52,631 nucleotides of DNA from NCBI GenBank assembly GCA_000826855.1, contig JTLS01000013.1, positions 1 to 52,631 of the forward strand, written 5' to 3'. Shown one piece after another: positions 35,435 to 49,067 of this stretch. The position numbers were made by a program, and so were the translations under genes. The notes beneath the pieces are model-generated. The model saw only the letters and a list, made by a program, of their open reading frames with translations, was not told the origin of the DNA and searched no databases. Position 1 is the stretch's first letter. Each line of letters begins with the position of its first letter. The stretch is from Basidioascus undulatus. Taxonomy: Eukaryota.

Positions 35435-36641
35435 GCGGAATTATTGCGGGCAAATAGAATAAGATGGGGTTGCGGCGGCGAGCAGGTTGGGCGCAATCGA
35501 TGATTTGATGAGTTCGGAATGATGTGCAACAGTGCGCATTGCCGAGAAGGCGCGGTATCTGAGTGCTTCGAACCCTCGCATTGCTCAAAGTTACGCCAGA
35601 ACTCACCATGGAACTCTTTCTCGCCTTCCACAAAAAAGCGAACGATCTAGATCTCAGGAGGCGCACTGCTGTGGACGAGTTCCGCGTTGTGGGGGTCTCG
35701 CTCGGGCTGCGCACTCGTATACACAGAGCCTTCACCGAGGAAGGTTAATTCTATCTTCGCAGGTACAGGAAGACAGTCTACATGGAGACATGTCGCGAAA
35801 ACAGGCTACATAAGGGGTCGGAAAGGCGGTGTTTGCAGTTAGCACTACTGGGCTGACTCGCATCCCGAGGGTGGACATGATACCTTGAAGCGGCAGTGGT
35901 CCATTCCCAGATGTATCGCTATTTATCGGTTCTGCGAGTGTTCATTGAGGTTGAAGAATGTGCTTGTGCAGGACGAGCAGGTGAAACTACGCTGCAGCGT
36001 CCTTTGTCTGCACTTCATTTCGGCGTTTACCTCCATCAGCATCTCTGGGCGGCTGCCGAGCAAGCTGAGCCGCTCACCACCACTTGACGCTGCTTGACCA
36101 TTGACCTTGTACTGCCCATCATTAACGCGCTTACTGCATATCGCCGCAGGCATCATATTTTTTGGGACTTAAGACCTTCCTTCATCGCAATCGAGCAAAT
36201 ACAGTGAGCGAAGGAGCACGACTGTTGTGCTCTCTCTGTCACCCGATAACGGGGAGTCGGTCGTTCTGGTGAGCCGCTTGTCTCGCGATGGGACTGATGC
36301 CGTAGGGACTGCCTAGGCACTGTTCGTTTGAATACGCCGGATGGATGAGAGCGCTGGGGTAGTACTGCGGACTGGGGGTCAGGCGTGCTGCCTGGGCACT
36401 CCTGCCTCGCGGATATCTCTGCCTGTTCGCCGTCCATTGCTGTATTTCCCCGCTTTCTGGGAACAGCTTGAGAGTAGCATATCTGGACGGGGAACGAAAA
36501 TCCGGTCTCATGGGATCTCGACGGCGGCCGCATCGGGCTCGCGGCTTTGAGCACAGCCATCACCATGTCATTTCCGCGCTGACTGAAAGCTCCTCATTCC
36601 ATCGTTTACAGGCTGCTGCGCTCCCTTGTCAACCCACCCTC

Positions 36642-38772
36642 ATGTCCGCGATATCGTCGCCACCACCTCCGCCATCCTACGATCCCTCGTCCTCGCTCGC
36701 AGCGCTTCCGCCGGAAGTGCTCTTGCTCATCTCGCCGCCCGCGTCGAGCGTATCGTTCCAGGTCGGGAGGCTCGGTCTGGGGCTTGAGGGCGAAGATGAC
36801 GCCAGGATTGAGGGAGAAGTGCTGGTCAAGGGTGCGCAGGTTGGGGGTTGGGACGCTTTGTAAGTCGTCTGAAGAGTATGGGAGGCGCTGCCAGACCGAG
36901 GCTTAATCGGTGGGCGGGGACAGGACGGTTACGCTCTTGGCAGTCGAGTCTGTGCAGCCCTCACCGCCGATCGAGCTCTTTCGGACCACGCGCATGCTCT
37001 GGTCGTCAACACATCCACATTCCTCCTCCCCACTTCCACCGTCCACCCTGCTCCCCTCCAGCCTGCCCTTCTCGATCCCCCTCACGCCCGACCTCCCGCA
37101 AGACCTCGTCCTCCCTACCTCATCTCTATCTTACACCGTCACCGCGACGCTCCATCCCTCCCCGCACTCGAGCGCCCCTCCCCCATCAGTCTTCGCCCCG
37201 GTGCACCTCCTGCGCGCCTCCCCGCCCCCGCCGCTCCTCCCGCCGCCCATGGCGTTCCCCGACCCCGTCGCGGAAGACCCGCACATCTGGGAAGTGAGCT
37301 TCCCCACGCCTGTCAAGGTGTGGGTGAGCAAGACGCTTGTCGCGCGCGACGAGGGGCTCGTCGTCTGCGCGAGCGTCGCGAGCCCGAGCGAGGGCGTGGT
37401 GGTAGACAAGGGACTCCGGCTGCGGAGCGTCCGCGCAGAGTTGTGGCGGGACATTATCGTCCACAACATGGAGGCGGAGAACGCGCTCCCTGCGCTAGGG
37501 AAGGAGCGCGTTTCCGACGAAGTCTGGGAAACCCTCCCGCCCGACACTTTTCCGCCATCTCCATCCTCCTCCTCCATCTCTCCACGCCTTCTCGTCCCAC
37601 CACCCACCGCCCATGCACCTCTCACCCCTCCGCCCGACGCGGCCCTCGCACGTACCACCACCACCCTCCTCTCCTACTCTGGCAAGTCTTGTCGGTTCTC
37701 GTCCCACCGCCCCGTCCGCATCCGGCTCGTCCTCCACCCGCCGCCCGACGACGCAAGCATCACGCAGAGCACGATCCTGCACGACGTGCGCTTCCGCGTG
37801 CGCGTGACGATCTCCATGCGCGGCGGCGCGGGCGAGGAGCGGGACATCGTCCTCGAGCGCGAGGTCTGCGTCGTCCCGCCCCCCATTGAGCGTCCTCCGC
37901 TGCCGTCGTCGCGCTCGAAGGAGAAGGAGCGCGAACGTCCTTCGCCCGATCCGGACCTCGCTGTCCCACCCCCTCCCTTCTCGGCGCTCCCTGGCCCATC
38001 CACGCCCGCGCAGCCTTCCGCTTCGTTCGCCACCCTAAGCCCCGTCTTTGAGCCCGAGGACGAGTTTGACGGGTACGAGGACCTGGCGGACGAGCTGCCC
38101 GTCATGCCCGAGCCCGTGCTCGAGCTCGCCGAGTCGGATGGCGCATCGTCCTCGGCCGGCCGGCGCGAAGAGGGCGAGACTGTCCCGGATTACGATGGAG
38201 CAGGAGCGGACGACCCGGGCGGGCTGGGAATGGAGATACGGCAGGCTGCGCCGGGCTATGACCAGAGTCATGACGACGCGGAGGTCGTCCAGGTCGATGT
38301 GGTTGACTCGATCGCGCATCCTTCACAACCTCCCCCACCCGCTTTGGACTCCTCTTCCCCGCCGCCCCATCACCACCATCACCACCATGAGACAGACGAC
38401 CCGCCCCCGCCGATGCCTTCTCCCGGCCCGGCCGCAGCGGCATTCGGCATGGCGCAGCTGCAATTCGTCGATCCGCCGCTGTTCGAAGACGAGCTGCACC
38501 GGCGAGACGCTTCCGCGAGCGCCGTCGCGCAGTCGATGCGTCGCGGACCGAGCTCGTCGCCAGTCCAGTCTTTCCCCGGGCAGCAGGAGCTCGCTCCTCC
38601 GCAGCCGCCGCCGCCACCGCCCGAACACGAGGGCCAGGGCCCGCCGCCATACCTCAACGCAGCGGCGAGTTCGGGTCCGCCGGCGTACGCGGACATCGAC
38701 GAGCCGCCGCCACCGCCAAGTCCGCCGATGCATTCGCAGGGAAGGAGGAGACTGGGCGAGGGGTGGATCTGA
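36642..38772 (+). CDS. Arrestin-fold-like protein with PPxY motifs (putative Rsp5/NEDD4 adaptor)
   Basis: Intron 36860-36923 joins two ORFs. Beta-sandwich-type segments (IEGEVLVK, LPFSIPLTPDLP..LSYTVTATL, LRLRSVRAELWR, HDVRFRVRVTI) and PPSY, PPPY and PPAY motifs. Confidence 0.7.
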
Positions 38773-38933
38773 GGTGGTTTGATCGCGTGTGCAGGGCGGA
38801 GGAGCTCATGCGGGAGGCGAGATGCACACTTTGATGTCGACGGGCGTTGGCTGTTCTTTACGGCCGTTCTTGTACTGACCGCCTAACACTTTGCCCACGC
38901 ACACGTCTCGCTCATCTCGCCCAGTCCGCCTGT

Positions 38934-39533
38934 TCATTCCTTCGCAATAGGGTTCACTACATGAGGATCGCTCAGCGGCTTATCCTGCTCGACTTCATCG
39001 ACCTCATCAGCGCCCTCGATCTCTTCTTGCCTCGCCCTCACCCACGACCTTCCAATCAACCGCTCACCCTGCTGCTGCTCCTGTCGCTCCACCCCTTCTC
39101 CTCTTCTCTCCCCCGCTTCCCTCTCCTCGCCCTCCGGTCCTTCAGAACCGAAGTCGTCCATAGCCCTGCGCAGGACTGCCGAAGAGTCCTCGAATCTCTG
39201 AACCGTTCTGTGAAGCGCATCCATCACGCTCGCCGTCGCGTCGTCGTCCTGCGCGGCCTCCAGCTTCCCCAGCTCCGCCTCTGCGTGCAGCGTCTCCCGC
39301 GCGGCGTCCTGCGCGGCCCGGTGCGCGGCGTCGAGGTCCGCGAGAGGGTCCGAGGGAGGGGTGGAAGATGCGTCGGGCGCTAGGCGCTTGAACACCCGCC
39401 GCGCCTTCTCGCCTGCGTCGAAGGCGGCTGCCAGCGCCGCTTGCGCTGTGGGGGGAAGTGACGCTTCGAAGGAAGCCATGGAGGCCTCGTACTCTTCGTC
39501 CGTCATATCTGGGCGTGGAGGGGATTGCGACAT
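38934..39533 (-). CDS. Acidic, helical hypothetical protein (199 aa)
   Basis: Single ORF with strong GC3 bias and an ACAATG start context. Confidence 0.7.
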   Translation of the reverse strand: MSQSPPRPDMTDEEYEASMASFEASLPPTAQAALAAAFDAGEKARRVFKRLAPDASSTPPSDPLADLDAAHRAAQDAARETLHAEAELGKLEAAQDDDATASVMDALHRTVQRFEDSSAVLRRAMDDFGSEGPEGEEREAGERRGEGVERQEQQQGERLIGRSWVRARQEEIEGADEVDEVEQDKPLSDPHVVNPIAKE

Positions 39534-40045
39534 TGTGGGTTGTTTTGGTGGTGGCTGTTGAACAGCATGCAGAGGATTTGAAGCATAGGGTTGGCGACGC
39601 GCTGCATCCGGGGGGTCGGCTTGACCTCGTGCCGATCACAGTCATGGGGAGGTCATCGCGTTCGCTGGAAGCTTCGCAAGGTTGAGTCAGGGACTAAAGG
39701 ATCCAAGTCTCGTGGAGTCTCCTGATTTTTCAATTTTCAGTAAGTTAATTGCAGCCGCTTTTAGTTGCTCAACCTTTGCGTTTCGCATCCGTTGCGGCGG
39801 CTGGCCATTGTGCTTGCTTTGTTCCAAATACAGGGACGAGCCATTCCAGAGCTGTCCCAGATTGCCCCATAAAATACAAAAGGTAACCCTGACATACGGA
39901 ATAACATCCGCGAAATGTCCATCAACACATGTCCGCGCCCACCGTCTTTCCTGCCTGCGTCGGTGCTGCAGCTGCACGATAGCCAAGCATGCTCCACCAC
40001 CACCCAAGACGCCGTTGGTAGTCCAACCAGCTTGTGACGGGGTTG

Positions 40046-41045
40046 CTATCTCCCAAATTGTCCCTGATTCCCGTTTCGTCCGTGGGCGCCTTTTCGACGG
40101 TGGGGCTTTGGTGTGGGATTGTCGGAGGGGTTTGCAGCGACACCGGCAGAGGAGGCGACGTGCATGTACCAGAGAAGGGTGGCCGTTTGTGCGTGCCAGA
40201 CCTTAAAGTACCTCCGGGATTTCAATAACCGGAAGTGAAGACGAATGATTTCACGGCACACACCTTCTTGTCGCCCTTTCCGAAAGCGCAGACGAGGGCG
40301 AGGTTGACGAGAATGAGTAAGAGGACCAGAACTACGTTGCGTGTGTCAGCTTCCAGCGCATCGTAGAAGTATCAAAGAGTAAACAAGGTATAAAACGCAC
40401 TGAGAATGGTACTTATCCATGAGAACGCAATGAGCGCCTTGATCTCCTGGCAGAAGCGCGGGCTGGTAGGGCAGTCAAAAGAGTAGATGAAGTCCCAATG
40501 GCGGGTGATACTTGCAGCCTCAGCGATCCAGACAATTGAGAGAATAGCCTACAAGTGTTCCGGATAGCATCTACCAAGAAAGGATAGAGCTTCTGTAAAG
40601 AATTCGACGCACCGTCCAGATGATTTCCACGAAGACCTTGCTCTTCAGGACTTCCTTCTTGCTGCGCTCTGTCAGAAGCCTGAATTACTCGAGCATCAGG
40701 ACAGTCTCTGAGCAATACTTGAGAAAGACTACACACGTGGAAATTAGCAAGATCACCGTCAAAGACGAAACGAGCAGTGCCAGGATCAGCGAAGCGACTG
40801 TGGCAGGAAAGGCACAGTACTAGTCGTCAGCTTCGACTCAGTTGGCAAGGGCAAACGAAGAGACCGCACATGTCTTCCGGTGGTAGAGGTAGGTCTTGTA
40901 CATTGCGATGCCAAGTACAATGAGCGAAGAGATGATCAAGGCAACTGGAAGACCTGGGGCTTCAGCATGCCATTTGGGAGCAATTGTGAAGAAGGAAGTC
41001 ACTATGCAAGGGTCGGCGGATTCCGTTGAGTGTTTCGATAGCCAT
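40046..41045 (-). CDS. MARVEL-domain four-TM membrane protein, multi-exon
   Basis: Spliced: MAIETLNGIRRPLHIALIISSLIVLGIAMY..ASLILALLVSSLTVILLI..VFVEIIWTAILSIVWIAEAASI..CPTSPRFCQEIKALIAFSWI..LVLLLILV. The C-x-E-x-KAxxAFSW motif is typical of fungal MARVEL proteins. The 3' end is uncertain. Confidence 0.7.
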
Positions 41046-41883
41046 ATCAATTCAGGGATTAAGTATTAAGGTCGTGCAGGTCGTGAGGGTCGTAACGGTC
41101 GTTAGCCGGGTCGTGACAAGTCGGGCTGAAGTGGAAGGCGGCGAAAGGCAGAGGGAGTGGGGAGACAGAGGAGTGGGGAGACAGACAATCATGAGCTGCT
41201 GGAAGAGCAGACGGTATAACTGGATTTCAGGACGGTCTGAGCGTGCGCTTGAAAAGGCCATGTGGCGTTTTGTGGCGGGTGCGTGCAAGCCAGAAGGCTT
41301 TGTCGGATTCAGGATCACGAGAACGCTTGTGCTGCACTGTTCATTGATGACCACAAGCTGCTTTGCTTTAATACTCAGCTTGGTGGCCGCTTATGACTGC
41401 TGAGTTCAATGTACATTACATCAAGTTGTGTATGGGTGGAAAACTGCGAGACAGGTCACAGCGCTGTACAGAGTCGACAGGAACCGACAGGGGCTTTTGG
41501 AGGACGTCGGAGTCCGCGCGTTGAACCACGCTCGGTTGCGAGAACACGTTCAAATGGCATTCGCAGCATTCGAGGTCTGAGGAAGTTTGAGAGTATGGGA
41601 TTCAACAGTACCCAAGGCTAGAAAGTATCGGAAACCTATTGGATCGGGTTAGCCGACATTGCCTCGACGCAGACTCCGATCACTCAATGCTTGGAGCCGG
41701 CAAAGCCAATCCACAGCACAAATCATCCATCCTCGTCCCGTAGCAGCCACGCAAATGCGCATTCATCTCCATCCTCCCTCTCTTCTCCCTATCCGTTCCG
41801 TCATATGCTCGTGTATCAAGTCCAAATATCTCGATCTCGATCGTAGTTGTCCATGGCAAACCATCTCATCCCTCCTCATCCGC

Positions 41884-44618
41884 TCAGAGCTTAGCCTGCT
41901 TCGTAAACTTCGCCGCGATGTTCCGGCGCTGGATCTTGCCCTGTCCCACCCAACCCTGTAGGTCAGCCCACTCTCCTCTTGATAGTCAAGTCTCTCTACC
42001 CACAGTAGCGGTCTTGGGGATCTGGTCGACGATGAAGACCCTGTTCCCAATCCCCGCAAAGGGGTTAACAATCGAGGAATGCACAGAGGAGGGAGGGGGA
42101 GGGGAAAGGGGTGGGAGGAGGATGACGACAACGCACTTCTCGGGCACCTTAAACTTGCTCAGCTTCTGCGCGACGCCCCGCTTCACGTCGTCCTCCGAGA
42201 GCTTGCCCTTGTGGCTCTCCTTAGGGACGACGACCTGTCGGTGTCCGGCTTGGTAAGTCCACCGTCTACCCTGATATCCCAAATGTCAGGGAAAGAAGGC
42301 GAAGTCCAACACGCACAGCGTTCACAACCTCCCCGTACACCTCGTGCGGCGCCGCAAACGCAACGGCCTCGCCGACGCCCTCGACGGAGAGGAGCGCGCC
42401 GTCCACCTCGAGCGGGGAGATCTTCTCGCCGCCGCTGCACGGGGAAATGGGAGAAAAGTAATCTCAGCTTAGAGCGCAAGGCAGAAGTGGGAAGTGAGAG
42501 AAGGAAGATTCACCGGTTGATGAGCTCCTTGATCCGGCCGGTAAGCCACTGCGCCCGCGGCCCGCCACAAACTTCAATACCTTCTCCTGTTCTCGCGCGG
42601 TGTGGGACAAGCGGAGGAGGGAGAGCGACGTACCACATACCCCTCCCCATCCATCTTCCCCTGGTCGCCCGTCCTAAAGAACCCTTCGTCGGTATAGCTC
42701 TCCCGGTTGGCCTTCTCGTTGTTGATGTATCCCTACTCCCAGCCCAGCGCACCTCCAATTCAGTTTCCTCCTCCTACTTACTTTCCCCCTTCTCCTCCCT
42801 CGCCATCCCCCGAACCAGCCCTCCCCCCGACGCACCTTAGTGACGTTCTCCCCCCTTACGCACACCTCCCCCTCCTTCCCACGCGGGAGCTCCTTGCCCT
42901 GCTCGTCCAAGATCCGGACCTCCACGCCCTGCCCGACGCCGACGCTGCCCGGGTGGCGCGCCCCGCGGTGCGGCAGCTGGTTCGAGGTCATTTGGTGCGA
43001 GGCCTGTCCGGGGGCTCAGTGCCTCAAGTGAACATCCTTCGAGAAGAAAAGAAACGGAAGAAGAGGTACCTCGGTCATCGCGTAACTAATTTGCCAGCAG
43101 TGAGGGGTGTGTTTCAGCCAGGAGTAGCGGGCGGGAGAGGGGAAAGGGTTGGGGAAGAGGAGGGGAGAAGGGGAGGGAAGGTGCGAAAAGGAGAGAGACA
43201 CGCACGCCTCCAGCACGGGCGCCTTGAACGTCTTCTCGAGCTCGTGGAACGTGACAGGGCTGAGGGACGAGGAGCAGCTGCGGATGAAGCGGATGTCGGG
43301 GATCGGGGAGGGCAGCTTGGAGCGGAGGAGCATGACGTGGATGGTCGGGACTGCCCGGTCCAATCTCCGTCAGTTTCATTTCCTTCTACTTCCACTGGCG
43401 AAGAAGGGTAGGAAGAGAGAAGCGGAAGGGGGAGGGGGAAGCGGAGAGGAGGAAAACGACCAACCAGCAGTGTACCAGTTCGCCTTGGTAGCGATAAAGT
43501 CGGGCCAGAACGCGCTGGCGGAGAACTTGGCGGGCAGGACGACGGATCCGCCCGAGAGGAGGGGCGCGAGAAGGCCGGCGAGGAGGCCGTGCACGTGAAA
43601 GAGCCTGTTTGGGGAGTTTTAGTTGGAGGAAAGACGACGGGGAAGGGAGGAAGGGGGGAAGAGGGGGAAGAGGGGATTGAGAGGGAGAAGGAAGACGCAC
43701 GGCATCACGAGGTAGGTCCGGTCTTTGGGCGTAAGCTCGTACTGCCCGAGATGGAAGCAAAGCGGCATGTTCAGCCTTCATTTGATGCATAAAGAATACC
43801 AAGGAGAGAGTTTGGGCACGCACAGTGTTGACGATGTTCTGCATCGTCCTCGCCAAGTTGCGATGCGTGAGGGGGACGGCCTTGGGGCGTCCGGTGGTCC
43901 CACTGTCCGCCTTTCATCTCAGCTTGCTCTCCCATTCCCTACCACTATCCCCCACGCACCTAGTGTGCAGCACCAGCGCAATGTCCTCCTTGTCCGGGTC
44001 CCTCGTCTGCCCCTCCTTCACCGCGTTCCCCATCTTCTCCCCCGGCGTGAGGGTGACCTTCTTCGCCTTCAGGTCGACCGCGATCTCCGCGACCCGCACG
44101 GAGAGCTTCCGCGCTGCTTGGACGGCGGGCGGGGCGGGGGAGGCACGGAGCGAGCCGGGGGGTAGGAGGAGCAGGCGCGAGCGCGTGTCTTCGAGGTAGA
44201 AGGACACTTCGGACTCTGGCGGCGTGGAGAGGTTTAAGCGGGAGATATTGACAGAAGATCAGGGGGACAGACCGTTGTAGCTCGGGTTCAAAGGCGCCGC
44301 AACGAGCCTTATCCCCTCGCCCATCGCTATCAGCTCCTCTTCCCACCGCCCTCCATCATGGTTCCCACCAACTCACCTCTCCCACCCAGTCCCCAAGAAC
44401 GCAACAACAAACTCGAGCCCATTAACCAGGCTGTTGCTGACGACATCGCCGGGGCGGAGCCCATACGTCCCCGCGAGCTGGGCCTGGAACGAGCGCGCGA
44501 GGACGTGCAGGTCCTCGTACGAGATGGACGGCGTCGACCGGTCCACGGAGGGCGGGAGGATGATGGCGGGTGCGGAGGGCGCGCGGGGCGAGGAGAGCGG
44601 GCTGAGGAGGGTCGGCAT
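41884..44618 (-). CDS. PCS60: Peroxisomal acyl-activating enzyme, oxalate-CoA ligase (Pcs60-like)
   Basis: AMP-binding motif LVLHTSGTTGRPKAVPLTH; VMPLFHVHGLL; YAMTE..HQMTSN; GRIKELINRGGEKISP; PKTATGKIQRR; C-terminal AKL (PTS1). Confidence 0.92.
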
Positions 44619-46149
44619 GTGGATGGCTGGAAGTGGAATAGAAGATGGATTTGGTCGTGTGATGTGTGGATGGTGAAAGGGCAAGATTAAGCGAGGGGAT
44701 GACGCCAGGGGCAAGCGAGGAGGACGGGTCCCCGAAGCGAGCGACCGGTCCACGGCTCCGGCCGGTCAAGATGCCGTCATTGCCGTGATAGACGCAGGCG
44801 ACACAGCGTCAAACAATGCTGCTTGTTTAATATTTTCGCTAGCTGCAGACAACTTCCCCAAAAATACATAAACAGCCGCTGAAGTATGCTTTTTAGTAGG
44901 TCAACGGTGCGAGGACAGACGGAAGGGACTGCAGCGCCGCCTTCACTATCAGTTGAGCTGCTGTTCTTTGTGCAGCATCTGCTACAAAACACAGTAAGGC
45001 CTCCCGACACGACCTGAAGCCCCGAAAGTATTGGTAAATAAATGAACCTGCGGTACCCTTATGCAGTGATCGGTTGAATTGTGGCACACTCCAGGAGCAG
45101 CCCCAAATGATGCAGCGGAGTGTCTGCAGATAGCCAAGACGCAGGGTCTTTCTGCGATGGTCATGTAGCCTTAATACAACATGAAAAAATGGCTGACATG
45201 GTTGACACACCAGAAACGATTTACGAGTCAAAAACTCGCTATTGCAGACTCATCATGGCCTGTTGGTTCACCGTGTTCGATATTTACACCGTCGAGAGCC
45301 CGTTGTTCAGTGATGTGATGTGCATGAAAGAGCGATAAGTGAAGCGTTGTCTTCCGATTTTCAAGAATTTTATGGCATGTTTGCGTGGTTTCTCGTTGAT
45401 ATTCCATGGTCTGCCTGTAATAGAACACCAAATAGACACCAAACTTTGTGCATCAACAATGGTGCCTCAAGAACGGAGTGATCTTTCCTGACCAGACACT
45501 GATCATGACTACTCATGAATTGAGGCTGAGTTTTGCTTCCTACACACTATACACACCACTGAGGCAGCAAAAATATCATACTTTAACCCTCTATCAAGAT
45601 AGGCACATGCCATTTGCATGCTTGCGACAACGCTTTCATGTCAAGCCTGCACACCCGCATGCAACACTGGTCGCTTGCGTCTCATGCTATCCACTATCAT
45701 TCAACGCAGCTCGGAGAAATGTTGATGCATCATCAAAAGTGAGGAGGTGAACTGGAGGGAGGAGGAAAGAGACTTGAGGAGGATCGGCCACAAGCCACAG
45801 GGCTGAGAAGCAAACGTGCAAAAGTGCAAAGCAAGTAGGCCGGACATAGGCAAAGCGGAGAGGAGCGGCAAAGAAAGAAGGTAGAGTGGGGAAGAAGGAA
45901 AAGGGGTGAATGAGGAAGAGCGAAGGTGGCGAAGGGGGAAGGTGGCGAATGGGGGGAAGAGGAAGGTGGAATGGGAGATGAAGGATAGGCATGCATGGGT
46001 CGGTGGGAGACTCACCAACAGCTCACGGTCAACCTCTCCTGGACCGTCACATGTCCATCAGCGCGCCAGTCTCTCACCACCAACCAAGAGACGCACAGTT
46101 CATATCTCCACGTCATCCACGTCTCCTTAGCCAGCACATTCGTCAGCGT

Positions 46150-46414
46150 TCAGGACGGGAACGGGGCGCCCCAAAAGACACCCTCACCCTCGTCCCTTGC
46201 ACACCAGTGCACGTCAGATATGCTGGGCCTGCACATTGTGACAGGTAAGCCGGAGATGAGCAACTGGGCGGCCTCTGCACACTTCCTCAGCGCCTTCTTG
46301 AGCGCCAGCACCGCCCAGACACGCGGCGGACAAGGCAGTCCGACCATCAAAGTGTCCTGCATCCAGGGTTGGTAGCCAAATCACCCTCAGATGCACTTCG
46401 TCAACAAATAGCAC
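46150..46414 (-). pseudogene. Degenerate RecQ-type (DExH) helicase fragment
   Basis: VLFVDEVHL..W (motif II), then after a frameshift LMVGL-PCPPRV (motif III-like) and RPSI (RPNL-like). Confidence 0.4.
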
Positions 46415-48122
46415 CTGCTAAATAAGGCACTTGAGTAGGCAATTTAGGAGGATCGCCACGGTGAAAAGAGCGCCGGCGTGACGGCTATTTTAAGCGGGCA
46501 CATGTAAGGCCATGGAAGCCGACCCGATGGCTTAGAGAGCGCCAAATAGTCTGGGGAAAGTTTGCTTGCAGGCATAACAGACATGAATTGTATTTTCCCC
46601 GAGTAATTAGCGGCTGTAATATTTCAGCACTGTATCTTCAGATCCGGGGAGGCCCTGGGAAGAGAGCAGCTTCTGAAAGGGCGCCTTCAAGTCCGGCTGA
46701 GGGAGCGCTACAGTTTGTTCTTTCTCTGTAGTGATCAACAATTTGTGCCAATTGTAAGACGCACAGAAGGGAGGTTCGTAAACCTGAAAGTATTATCTGT
46801 CATTTCGAAAAGCACGGTTAAGGGGGGTGGTTTAACTGTTCCGTTGCCCCGAGTTGAGGATATTCTTACGATGGCTCAACTTGCCAGTGTGCAATCACTG
46901 TGCTGGAAAGCTTGAGAAACAGACTTGTCATCTTTCTCACTGTCCCGTGGTTTATCAGTCTGTCCCTATAATTGCTGTTTGGTCCATGAACCATGAATAT
47001 ACAATGAATGGTTGTACAGCCTGTTGCGATGCTCGGTACAGCTCAAGACAGTGTTCTTTTCCTGATGTCACAGTGTACTGACAGTAGCAAGTATTATTAT
47101 AGCAACGGTACAGTGGGCTTGCCATACTTTAGTCAAGAAAATAATGCACCCCTTAGATCACCATGCATCACGGTCATGAATGACGGGAACCATTCACAAC
47201 TGTCCAAACATGATGAATAACCGTTGGGCCATGGGCAAAACATGCTCGACCAAAGGGATAAAAACTGTGAACCTAGAATACTCTAGTATTTTGCCGTTTC
47301 CAATCATATCTTCCATTATTAATGATTAAGATAGTGTCCTTAATTTCCAGACATGCTGCATAACAGTGATGTAGACTGCAACATCGTGTCGGAAAAAGGC
47401 CCTGTGTTGGCTATGGAACCTTTGCAAAATGGGGGCCTTCTTAAAAAATGGTGATTGGCAAGCTTTACGCTTGAGGGAACATGCAGTGCCTGTGGAGAAA
47501 ATGTGGTCTGAGGGATGAAGGGAAGGAATGTGTATGGGTCAAGCTATTGCACTCAGGACACACACCGTTGGTTCTTCTTGGTGTGGGGCTGCCGAAGACG
47601 GAAGAGTACCTTAGCTGACAATTGGCCAAAATACTCTGGTTGGACATAAAATTATATGATTGGGCACTGAAGATCAATCGCAGGTGCGCTGAGCCTTGCT
47701 TCGTGATGCGTTGACCGACCTTCCACTGTGATCTGGTGCCCGTATCCCCACTGGTGTGAGTATTGGAAGTCCCACCAGTCTTATAACATTGATCATTTCC
47801 TTTTATATGAGTCGCTATCTAAGGGAAGACCCAAGCTGCATCAGCACAGTGATAATGAAGTTGCATGCTTTGACCGGATGTGTAGGCCTCTGGAGCTCTA
47901 CTGCAGTTACAGCAGGTTGTTTACCGTCCAGTCTCTGATAAGATCGCCCCTTCCACTAATAGGGAAAAGCATCAGCTCATTTGCAATCTACCAAGAATTA
48001 GCAAAACTTGGATAAATTTATCTGGTGACCGTTCGTAGCGTGACCGAGCATCCCGACTCGCCGGCCTCTCCTTCGCCATCCTTGACTCCTCGCTTTCTAC
48101 CTTCTTGACTTCGGCAAAAGAA

Positions 48123-48218
48123 GGGCCTGACCGGGAATTGAACCCGGGACCTCTCCCAAATATGCAACTACATGGGTAACCACCCGAAGGGAAAATCATA
48201 CGACTAGACCATCAGGCC
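48123..48218 (-). tRNA. tRNA-Pro, anticodon CGG, with a 24-nt intron (48159-48182)
   Basis: GGCCTGA/TCAGGCC acceptor stem; TTCCC-TTCGGG[intron]T-GGGAG anticodon arm; CCGGG-TTCAATT-CCCGG T arm; 72-nt mature length. Confidence 0.95.
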
Positions 48219-49067
48219 AATGGCACAGCTTCGCGAAAGCAATATCATAACGCTTGATAAATTTCTGATGACGATTTGAAAGAAAAAGAGGAAAAGAGGA
48301 ATGCCGCGATATAGTTGGAAGCCTGGGCTTTAGTGGCCCAGAGACTCAAGGAGCGACCAAGCAAGCAGAAACGCAAGCAGTGTGCCAGCAACAAGGCCCA
48401 TCATGAGCCCCTGATTCTCCTTCCACAAAGGTATTCTATGGATTCATAACAAGCAAACCCACAGGACCTCCGGGAGCTCTTTAGGTACATGGGGTCGAAT
48501 CTAGAGGCAGTGAGGTACGAGGACCTGCACACGCGACAGGTATGGAAAAGTCGTTCAGGTGCACGTGCGTAATATCCAAAGTAGACATGGGCTAATTGGA
48601 GGCCCACATCTTGAAACGGTAATTTAGCTTTCAAAGCGTGCGGTGGTCTTGTGTGGTGCGGCGTGCCCGACTGCGCAGTCTGCAGTCTGCCAGCCCATCC
48701 TGGTGCGAAGGTTCACTACACCCTGGGTATAAGTAATGAAGCATGCTTGACACTCGAGTGTGCCTCCCCCGCGTTAAGAGTCTGGCGCACGAGGCAACCG
48801 GCAGAGGACGCTGGCAGTGGCTTTTTCGAAAGTGCAGGATACGCTCTGATTCCGTACCCTCTTAGGGTCGAATGGTCAACCCCTAGATTTATATCTATGG
48901 AGGAGTCATCCAGATTATCTGTTGGCAGAGGCCTTAACCGAAGCCGCAACTTGCCGGTGCGGCGGGCGGATGCACAATGCCAACGGGTGGCCATGGCTCC
49001 TGGCTCATCCCGCTCATCCCGCTCAGCTCTGTTCGTATCCCTCTATACTTCCAGCTCCATCTAATAG

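Noticed and set aside
47108..47125. TACAGTGGG resembling a Tc1/mariner terminal repeat
   Set aside because: I found no matching inverted partner or transposase remnant.
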